Made by a program: the position numbers and the translations under genes | Notes under the pieces: generated by a model | The model's input: only the letters and a program-made list of their open reading frames with translations | The model's database searches: none | What the model was told of the DNA's origin: nothing | Assembly: GCA_964596735.1 (NCBI GenBank) | Contig: CAZQVF010000004.1 | Span: forward strand, 229-64,228 | DNA: 64,000 bases | Reading direction: 5' to 3' | From: an uncultured Gammaproteobacteria bacterium | GTDB taxonomy: Bacteria; Patescibacteriota; Patescibacteriia; UBA2591; UBA6264 | Shown: piece by piece, positions 38,651 through 45,651 of the stretch | Layout of the letters: each line of letters starts with the position of its first letter | Numbering within the stretch: the stretch's first letter is position 1

Positions 38651-39967
38651 TCCCTCATCTAAAACCTCTCTAACAATTGCTCTATCGTCCCAAGCAATCT
38701 TTTGATTTTTGGGTCCCATAATCCATGGTTCACAACCTTTGCCAGTAATGATTACTACATCCCCTGCTCGAGCCAGATTTATAGCTTTTCTAATGGCTTT
38801 TTTTCTATCAAGAATCTTAATCGCCTTTTTATTTTTTATTCCTGAAATTATTTGATCAATAATTTGCTCAGGATCTTCATTATAAGAATCTTCATTAGTA
38901 ATAATTATTTCGTCTCCATATTTTTCAGCAATCTGTCCCATAATTGGCCTTTTCCATTTATCTCTTCCTCCACCAGCTGAACCTAAAACACAAATTAATC
39001 TGGGCTTCCGCCGAAGGCGGATCCGCTTCTGGCGGAGATTCTTTAAGGTTTGATAAACCTTTTCCAAGGAATCGGGAATATGAGCATAGTCAACAATAAC
39101 AGTAAATGGCTGCTTATCAACCACTTCCATGCGTCCGGGTATTTGCTCAACTTTTGTTAAAGCTTTTTGACAAATATTTAAATCAATGCTCTGAGATAAA
39201 GCCACACAAATAGCGCTTAAAGCATTTATCACATTAAATTTTCCTAGTAGATTGATTTTAAAATTAACATTATTAACTATAAATTCTGAACCATCTGACA
39301 TAGTTCTGATATTTTCCGCGCTGACAACCTTAATATCTTTCAAAATATTTCCTTCGCAAGTATAACCATATTGCTGATCAACTTTAAATTTTAAAAAATA
39401 CTCTTTGTTTTCATCATCTAAATTAACAATGCTAGCCTTATTAATTATTTTCTTATTAATCTTTTTTCTTTTACATTTACTTAAATGTTGAAAAAACTTT
39501 TGTTTAGCCTTCCTATATTTTTCAAAACTACCATGATATTCAATGTGTTCTTTTGATAAATTAGTAAAAACACCAATATCATAGTTAATCCCTAAATGTC
39601 TATATTGCTTAACCCCCTGCGAAGTTGTTTCGATCACAGCATACTGACAACCAGCTTTATACATTTGTTTTAATAATTTTTGTAAAGCAAAACGACCAAG
39701 CATGGTCATTTTATGTTTATTAATTTTTTCCTCTTTACCAATTTTAAAATTAAAAGTAGTGGTTAAACCTACTTTAAATCCAGCTTGTTCTAAAATTTGG
39801 CCGATTAAATTAACCACTGTGGATTTAGCCGAAGTACCGGTCACACCAATAACAATCATTTTATTACTGGGATGGCCATAAATAAAGGCAGCTAAGTGAG
39901 CTAAAGCCCAGTGATAGAATAATAGAACTGGCTGAGGAACTATTTTTTTTAACAATCTTTTTATCAT
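38648..39967 (-). CDS. Mur-ligase-family amide ligase, MurE-like but lacking the N-terminal UDP-binding domain
   Basis: AAFIYGHPSNKMIVIGVTGTSAKST aligns with the MurE region immediately before and including the P-loop, but only about 40 residues precede it. The middle domain has DIGVFTNLSKEHIEYHGSFEKY. The C-terminal domain has VLGSAGGGRD, ITNEDSYNEDPE, DRKKAI, and GDVVIITGKGCE. The start overlaps the upstream gene's stop (ATGA). Confidence 0.7.
   Translation of the reverse strand: MIKRLLKKIVPQPVLLFYHWALAHLAAFIYGHPSNKMIVIGVTGTSAKSTVVNLIGQILEQAGFKVGLTTTFNFKIGKEEKINKHKMTMLGRFALQKLLKQMYKAGCQYAVIETTSQGVKQYRHLGINYDIGVFTNLSKEHIEYHGSFEKYRKAKQKFFQHLSKCKRKKINKKIINKASIVNLDDENKEYFLKFKVDQQYGYTCEGNILKDIKVVSAENIRTMSDGSEFIVNNVNFKINLLGKFNVINALSAICVALSQSIDLNICQKALTKVEQIPGRMEVVDKQPFTVIVDYAHIPDSLEKVYQTLKNLRQKRIRLRRKPRLICVLGSAGGGRDKWKRPIMGQIAEKYGDEIIITNEDSYNEDPEQIIDQIISGIKNKKAIKILDRKKAIRKAINLARAGDVVIITGKGCEPWIMGPKNQKIAWDDRAIVREVLDEG
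39001..39045. repeat. GC-rich double mini-hairpin embedded in-frame in the Mur-ligase coding sequence
   Basis: cttCCGCCgaaGGCGGaTCCGCttctgGCGGAgattc. It shares the CGCCGAAGGCG unit with repeat copy A's tail and encodes the extra basic segment RLRRKPRL. Confidence 0.5.
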
Positions 39968-41523
39968 TTATTTATTTTTTTAATAAGCCTAACTATTCCT
40001 TTATTTGCATCTACCTCTACTAAATCACCGTTCCTCAGAACCCTTGTAGCTGTTTTTGTACCAACAATGCAAGGTATTTTAAGTTCGCGAGAAATTATTG
40101 CTGCATGACAGGCTAAACCACCTTCATCTGTAATAATAGCTGCAGATTTATTTACCAATGGCATAAAATCCGGCCTGGTCATAGCAGTAACCAAAATCTC
40201 TCCCTGACTCATTTTAACATTACTACGAGGGTTAAGTACAACCTTAATTTTTCCACTAACTACACCCCCTGAGGCCGTTAAGCCCTTGATTACCTTGATT
40301 CTCTGATGACTTCTCGGTTTCGCCTGAACTAATGATAATAAAAATGGATTAATATTTTTATTTAGCCACCAGATTCTTCCATTTTTATTTCTAAACTGAA
40401 CAACTAAATCAAATCGTTTCTTAATAGAATTCAGATCTATTCTTTTGTTCTGCAAAAAATCTATGAATTCGCTAGGTAACATATGATATAAAATCTTCCT
40501 AGAAATATTTTTTTCTTTAGCTGCTTTTCGAATAATCACATCTTGCCAATATGTACCAATTAGACCCGCTTTTTTTCTGCGGTCCTGCCACCCTGCCATA
40601 AAAGATATTAATTCTAATATTTTAATTTCTTGCTTGGTAAATATGTTAGCTCTTTTGATTTTTAGCTTTTCTTTCTTAATATTTCTTTTATAATCCTTGA
40701 TCTCCTCTAAGTCTTTTTTTATTTCTAACATTCCTTTAAACTCTTTGGCTGTTTTGATCTCTTTTAAGATATCTTCCTCTGTTAATGCTTTTGCTCCGAG
40801 ATAATTCGTATACAGCCAATAATATTTCTTTAGGTAGCTCCTGGCAGTACTTTCTTTATTCTTTGTAAAGGCTATTTCAAAAAGATTTTTTCTGGCGACA
40901 GAAAGAAAAGAAGACTCTTTAGGAGAAGACAATATGTTTATTTCACTATGAAGCTTTGGATATTTTTTTATCAACTTTTTAGAGATATATTCACTATAAT
41001 TTAAAAAATACTCCGGAATAATACCATAAGCCCACTGGGTTGAATGGGCATTATAAATATTAATATAGTCCAGGGTAATGTCATTTATCCCCCCTTTCTC
41101 TATCTTCTTAACCAATTCATAAAAGCGTCTTTCTTTGTCTTCCCACCGCCTGAACTCTCTATTAATAAACTTTGTGTTCTTAATCAACTCTTCTGATCTC
41201 TTAATAAGCAAAGATTTATTATAAACCCAAACAAGATTAGAGCCTTTAAAAATCGTCAAAATAAAGTCAAAATTTAACTTTATCTTTTTAGCATGTGGAG
41301 AATGTGTTAAAGGATTATCAGCAGAAAAAAACAAATGAATATTGCCCGGGAAATTAAAAACGCCAATTGACTCTAATCTCTGAAGCTTGTTTATAATCCT
41401 TTTTTCTATCTTTTGAGACATAGAAAGATAACGCTTTATCAAAGCTATTTTAATATAAAAATTTATAACGTCGTAATTGGCCTTGATTGAGTAATATAAA
41501 TCTTTCCTTTGGCAAAGGCCCAT
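39964..41523 (-). CDS. PEP-utilising-enzyme family protein, paralog 4: a ~400-aa N-terminal putative substrate domain plus a C-terminal phosphohistidine swivel domain
   Basis: The C-terminus GEILVTAMTRPDFMPLVNKSAAIITDEGGLACHAAIISRELKIPCIVGTKTATRVLRNGDLVEVDANKGIV is PF00391. The first ~20 residues of the tracked ORF overlap the upstream ATP-grasp extension in another frame, so the likely start is ATG 41421 (MSQKIEKR). Confidence 0.6.
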   Translation of the reverse strand: MGLCQRKDLYYSIKANYDVINFYIKIALIKRYLSMSQKIEKRIINKLQRLESIGVFNFPGNIHLFFSADNPLTHSPHAKKIKLNFDFILTIFKGSNLVWVYNKSLLIKRSEELIKNTKFINREFRRWEDKERRFYELVKKIEKGGINDITLDYINIYNAHSTQWAYGIIPEYFLNYSEYISKKLIKKYPKLHSEINILSSPKESSFLSVARKNLFEIAFTKNKESTARSYLKKYYWLYTNYLGAKALTEEDILKEIKTAKEFKGMLEIKKDLEEIKDYKRNIKKEKLKIKRANIFTKQEIKILELISFMAGWQDRRKKAGLIGTYWQDVIIRKAAKEKNISRKILYHMLPSEFIDFLQNKRIDLNSIKKRFDLVVQFRNKNGRIWWLNKNINPFLLSLVQAKPRSHQRIKVIKGLTASGGVVSGKIKVVLNPRSNVKMSQGEILVTAMTRPDFMPLVNKSAAIITDEGGLACHAAIISRELKIPCIVGTKTATRVLRNGDLVEVDANKGIVRLIKKINK

Positions 41524-41642
41524 TCAATATCTTGGGGAGTTTTATAATGTTTCTCAATATTTCTAACTATTTTACTTAATTTAATAATCTCAGGATTTTT
41601 TAATTTTTGTTTAGCTTGTTTTGCTTTAGGAACAGCGATATT
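41463..41642 (-). other. In-frame 59-codon continuation of the PPDK_N ATP-grasp gene beyond its TAA
   Basis: Same frame as 41643..42422. It translates to NIAVPKAKQAKQKLKNPEIIKLSKIVRNIEKHYKTPQDIEWAFAKGKIYITQSRPITTL, the conserved end of the PEP synthase / PPDK nucleotide-binding domain (IEKHYG.P.DIEWA...IVQARP). Confidence 0.7.
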
Positions 41643-42422
41643 TTAATTCTTATTCTTTGCCCATTTAATCATTTTCTCCTGTTCATTAATATTAATATCT
41701 AAAATGGTTAAAGAGTCTTTTTCAACCACATAAGCATCAGGGGTAATCATTCCCCCGACAATGGCTTCTCCTAAACCATAACCGGCTTCAATAATCATTT
41801 GATTTTTATCTTTAGTAATAGGGTGAACAGTAAAACAAATTCCTGAAACTTCTGATTGAATCATTTTTTGCACGGCTACAGCCACAGAAACACTTTTTCT
41901 TCGCATTTTTCTCTCTATCCGATAAAACAAAGCGCGAGGAGTATAAAGAGACGCCCAACATTTTTTAACATTTTTTAAAACCATTTTTTCCGTGGTATTT
42001 AAATAAGTTTCCAATTCCCCTGCCCAAGAATCAATCTTGGAATCTTCTGCTGTGGCTGAACTTCTTACGGCGACATATTTTACCTTTAACTTTTTAAATT
42101 CTTTTAATATTTCTTGTTGCATTGATTTAGGCATTTTTTTATTCATAATCAAATCTCTAAGAATTTCTGAACTTTCTTCCACTGATTCTATATCTTTTAA
42201 ATTGATTTTGTTTAACCTTGCCCTGATTTCTACATTAATATCCGTTGCTTTTAAATATTCTTCAAAAGCCAAAGCGGTAACGACAAAACCTTCTGGCACA
42301 TGAAAACCAGCTTTTGTCATTTCTCCCAGAGAGGCTCCCTTCCCTCCAACAGAATTAACATCCTTTTTTGAAATTTGATTAAAATGTTTTATAAAATCAC
42401 TCATATTGTTAAAATTTAGCAA
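41643..42422 (-). CDS. Stand-alone PEP-synthase / pyruvate-phosphate-dikinase N-terminal ATP-grasp (PPDK_N) domain protein, interrupted by an in-frame TAA
   Basis: DVNSVGGKGASLGEMTKAGFHVPEGFVVT ... VAVRSSATAEDS ... GLGEAIVGGMITPD is PF01326. The tracked start is a TTG at 42422; a good ATG (MSDFIKHFNQ) is at 42404. Confidence 0.75.
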   Translation of the reverse strand: MLNFNNMSDFIKHFNQISKKDVNSVGGKGASLGEMTKAGFHVPEGFVVTALAFEEYLKATDINVEIRARLNKINLKDIESVEESSEILRDLIMNKKMPKSMQQEILKEFKKLKVKYVAVRSSATAEDSKIDSWAGELETYLNTTEKMVLKNVKKCWASLYTPRALFYRIERKMRRKSVSVAVAVQKMIQSEVSGICFTVHPITKDKNQMIIEAGYGLGEAIVGGMITPDAYVVEKDSLTILDININEQEKMIKWAKNKN

Positions 42423-42440
42423 TAAAATATTATTTACATA

Positions 42441-42519
42441 TTAAATTTCAAGGTTCCCGCCTAAATTTCGAAGAAACTTTGGCGGGGTTCTCGACGAACG
42501 AAGTGAGGAGGGATTCTTA
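42441..42519 (-). repeat. GC-clamped hairpin repeat, copy B (identical 50-nt core at 42444..42493)
   Basis: Identical to 38577..38626. Its tail ends in the TAA of paralog 3. Confidence 0.7.
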
Positions 42520-44067
42520 TTTTTTAATAATATTAATTATACCATGTGTGGCATCAACCTCAATAATGCTCCCATCTTTTAAAACTTGAGTGGCGATCTT
42601 AGTGCCAATCACGCAAGGAATGTCTAATTCCCGACTAACAATGGCAGCATGGCAGGTTAAGCCACCAGTATCAGTAACAACAGCGGCGGCTTTTTTCATA
42701 GCAGGCACTAAGGAAGGATTAGTAATTTGAGAAACTAAAATATCACCTTTTTTCATTTTTTGCATCTCCTCTGGAATAGTAATAATCCTGACAGTGCCTC
42801 GAGCTTTACCTGGACAACCACACTCTCCACTAAGTTCACGGGTGTCTTTGAGTTTTGGCAGTGAATTTAAAATCGGCTTCATAATCTTCTGGGCCGCCTG
42901 ACCAGTATAAAGTTTAAAATCTCCGTCTTCAGCTCGATAAATTGAATATCCAAGCATTTCGTTAGCTTGCTTAACAGGAAATTTCCTCTTCTTTAAAATT
43001 TCCACTAAATCGCCATCGTGAATAATGTAAAGCTGCTTTAAAGAAATATTAAATTCTTTAGCTGCTTGTTTAAGCAGTGGTTTAATAAAACAATATGACT
43101 GATACAAGGCATCCATTCTAACCACTTTGGCATGTATTATACCGGTCATCAACTCAAATAACTTTTGCTGATCATCATCTATGTTAAGCTTGTTAATCCA
43201 ATCCTTTTTAACTGATAACAATTCATTCTGTTGTTTTTTCATCTGTCCAGCTTTTTCAGCTAAACCTTTTTTATTTAACATCCGTTTAAACAAATCAACA
43301 AAGTAATCTATCTCCCAAGCTGGACCTATCCAACTATAAGGCAACCAATAATAAATTTTGTAATGATTAACAAGCTCTTGCCAACATTCTTTAAAATCTT
43401 TTCTTAAAATCTCTTTAACTTCTTCTAAACCCTCTTTGGATTTCATGCCCTTTTTCAGCTTTGTATTCTTTTGATACTTAGCAACCAATGAGAGAAAATC
43501 GTGTTCTTCTCTCTGATTAAAACTCCATTCTTTGGGAGTAGTTAGTAATCGAAAAATCTCTTGAGCCCTGGGGTGATTGGCCTTTCTCCTAGAATCAAGA
43601 TATTCAGTTAAATAAGAAGATAATAAAGTATTATTAAGCTCCAAAAGATTAGGCACCATACCTAAACACCATAAATTATAATGTAATCTATGCCACTTGG
43701 CGAAAGTGGTTACTATTTTATTCCATGAACTTGAGGCAAAATTAATTCCCTTAATTCTCTTATTAAAAGAAAAAAGGTCTGTGGCGGCTGCCTCAATTGC
43801 TCTGAGAGCTCGAGCTAATAACTTTGGTTCTTTCTTAATTTGATTAAAATATCTTTGGCTAATCTTATTCCATTCACTTTGTGAAATATAATATCGCTGA
43901 ACACCATTTTTATACTCCCAAACTTGATTTTCACAGGCATAACCAACATTTTTCTTAAGTTCAGTATAAAGACCATAGATATATGGACTATGAAACCAAT
44001 ATAAATCATACCATTCAGCAAAACATATCCAATCATTCTTTATTCCTTTTATTTCTTTTGACGCCAT
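42517..44067 (-). CDS. PEP-utilising-enzyme family protein, paralog 3 (N-terminal domain plus phosphohistidine swivel domain)
   Basis: The C-terminus GECGCPGKARGTVRIITIPEEMQKMKKGDILVSQITNPSLVPAMKKAAAVVTDTGGLTCHAAIVSRELDIPCVIGTK. The N-terminal domain shares W-x-C-x-AE and KxYYWLPYSWIGPA motifs with paralog 2. Confidence 0.65.
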   Translation of the reverse strand: MASKEIKGIKNDWICFAEWYDLYWFHSPYIYGLYTELKKNVGYACENQVWEYKNGVQRYYISQSEWNKISQRYFNQIKKEPKLLARALRAIEAAATDLFSFNKRIKGINFASSSWNKIVTTFAKWHRLHYNLWCLGMVPNLLELNNTLLSSYLTEYLDSRRKANHPRAQEIFRLLTTPKEWSFNQREEHDFLSLVAKYQKNTKLKKGMKSKEGLEEVKEILRKDFKECWQELVNHYKIYYWLPYSWIGPAWEIDYFVDLFKRMLNKKGLAEKAGQMKKQQNELLSVKKDWINKLNIDDDQQKLFELMTGIIHAKVVRMDALYQSYCFIKPLLKQAAKEFNISLKQLYIIHDGDLVEILKKRKFPVKQANEMLGYSIYRAEDGDFKLYTGQAAQKIMKPILNSLPKLKDTRELSGECGCPGKARGTVRIITIPEEMQKMKKGDILVSQITNPSLVPAMKKAAAVVTDTGGLTCHAAIVSRELDIPCVIGTKIATQVLKDGSIIEVDATHGIINIIKK

Positions 44068-44076
44068 AAACCTATT

Positions 44077-45642
44077 CTATTTCTTTTTTAATATCTTAAC
44101 CACCCCCTTAGTCGCATCAACCTCAACTAAATCCCCATCTTTAAAAATTTTAGTAACAATTTTAGTTCCGACGATACAAGGAATGCCTAGTTCCCTGCTA
44201 ACAATAGCGGCATGACAAGACAATCCACCAGCATTAGTAACAATGGCCGCTGCATTTTTCATAGCTGGAACTAGGCTTGGATAAGTTGTTTCAGAAATCA
44301 AAATATCACCTTTTTTCATTTTCACTATATCTTTAGGATACTCAACAATCTTAATCTGCCCCTTGGCTTTACCCGGTGAAGCACAGGTTCCTTTTAGTTC
44401 ATCAACTTGCCTTTGAATAGCTAATTTTTCTTTAGGCAGTTTGTCAAAAAAATCTTGAGCCTTTTTACCAGTTAAAATCGTGGTTTTTTTAGCTGTAGTA
44501 TAAAAAATAGCGCATTTCATCCGAGCTTTAAGAACTTCTATTGTAGGAATCTTGCCATCCTTTAAGGCTTTTATTATTTCTCCATAGGTCATGGCTCTAA
44601 CATTATGGCAAGTTATTTTAAACTTTTTAGCAATTTGCCTAAAAAAGGGTTGATAACAATACATGCCGTGATAAAGAGACCCCTTTCTAAACTCCTTAAC
44701 AAAAACAATTTCTTGACATATCTTAATAAGTTTAAGTTGATAAGAATTAAATCTTAGTTTTTTAAATAAATCTCTTTGTTTTTGTTTTGTCTTTCTTTCT
44801 TTAGCTAAGATCTCTTTTAAAAGCTCTGTTGGCAAGACATTTCCCTTAATTAAATTTTGCCAGCGTTCTAAAAAATATTTAAAAGGATAAGCTGGTCCTT
44901 TATACTCATAAGGCAACCAGGTCCATTCTTTAAAATGAGCTTGCATAATTTCAAACATTTTTAAATCTACCTCCCTGAGCTTTTTGGGTAAAAGGTTTAA
45001 TTTAGTCTTTTTAAAAACCTGTTTAATTTTAGGTTGAGAATATATTTGCTGAGCAACTTTTAAAAATTCTTTTTCTTCTTTGATAACAAAACTTTTTTTA
45101 ATTGGAGTAGAAAGGACACTAAAAACATTAGCTAATTCTAATTTTAATTTTAATTTTCTTTTTTTAATCTGCTTTTCAATCATTTTTGTAACCGACCTAC
45201 TTATTCTTTCTTTGTCTGCATCAACGTGCCAGGAAACAGCTGAGCCAACTCCATGAGATAGTTCTTGCCATTTTAAAACCCGTTGATAAGCATTAAGCAT
45301 TTGTACTGAAGTCATTTTAGAAAAAGGCAAATTAAAAAATTTATTAGATTCTTTAATAAACTTGTTTGAATAAACCTCAGCTTTATCTAACATTTTTAAG
45401 GCCCAATCAGGATTGGAAATCATTTTTTTAGCTAAAAAATCTGCCGCTGCATCAAATTCAGATCTTTTATAATATAAAGCAGAAAAATCTCCTTTAAAAT
45501 AATTAAAACAAACCTTTATTTTTGATCCTAATCCTAGTCTAGGCCAACCTGTAAAGAAAAAACGAAGTGGCAGGCTAATTATAAATATTGTGTTTCTTGT
45601 AATTTCTGCAGAACAAAACCACAAATCTTTATTTTTTTTCAT
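44077..45642 (-). CDS. PEP-utilising-enzyme family protein, paralog 2
   Basis: The C-terminus GTCASPGKAKGQIKIVEYPKDIVKMKKGDILISETTYPSLVPAMKNAAAIVTNAGGLSCHAAIVSRELGIPCIVGTK. Confidence 0.65.
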   Translation of the reverse strand: MKKNKDLWFCSAEITRNTIFIISLPLRFFFTGWPRLGLGSKIKVCFNYFKGDFSALYYKRSEFDAAADFLAKKMISNPDWALKMLDKAEVYSNKFIKESNKFFNLPFSKMTSVQMLNAYQRVLKWQELSHGVGSAVSWHVDADKERISRSVTKMIEKQIKKRKLKLKLELANVFSVLSTPIKKSFVIKEEKEFLKVAQQIYSQPKIKQVFKKTKLNLLPKKLREVDLKMFEIMQAHFKEWTWLPYEYKGPAYPFKYFLERWQNLIKGNVLPTELLKEILAKERKTKQKQRDLFKKLRFNSYQLKLIKICQEIVFVKEFRKGSLYHGMYCYQPFFRQIAKKFKITCHNVRAMTYGEIIKALKDGKIPTIEVLKARMKCAIFYTTAKKTTILTGKKAQDFFDKLPKEKLAIQRQVDELKGTCASPGKAKGQIKIVEYPKDIVKMKKGDILISETTYPSLVPAMKNAAAIVTNAGGLSCHAAIVSRELGIPCIVGTKIVTKIFKDGDLVEVDATKGVVKILKKK

Positions 45643-45651
45643 AAATTTTAA

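Noticed and set aside
41464-41523. The first ~20 residues of the tracked paralog-4 ORF (MGLCQRKDLYYSIKANYDVIN...)
   Set aside because: This stretch overlaps, in a different frame, the conserved DIEWA...QSRP end of the ATP-grasp domain. It shows no similarity to paralogs 1-3. The real start is more likely the ATG at 41421.
41643-41645. Possibility that the in-frame stop reflects an alternative genetic code, for example CPR code 25
   Set aside because: Code 25 reassigns UGA, not UAA. UGA is used as a genuine stop in this window (for example 51981..51983 and 24440..24442). All other genes read through cleanly under code 11, so a single isolated TAA is better explained by a mutation, readthrough or a sequencing error.
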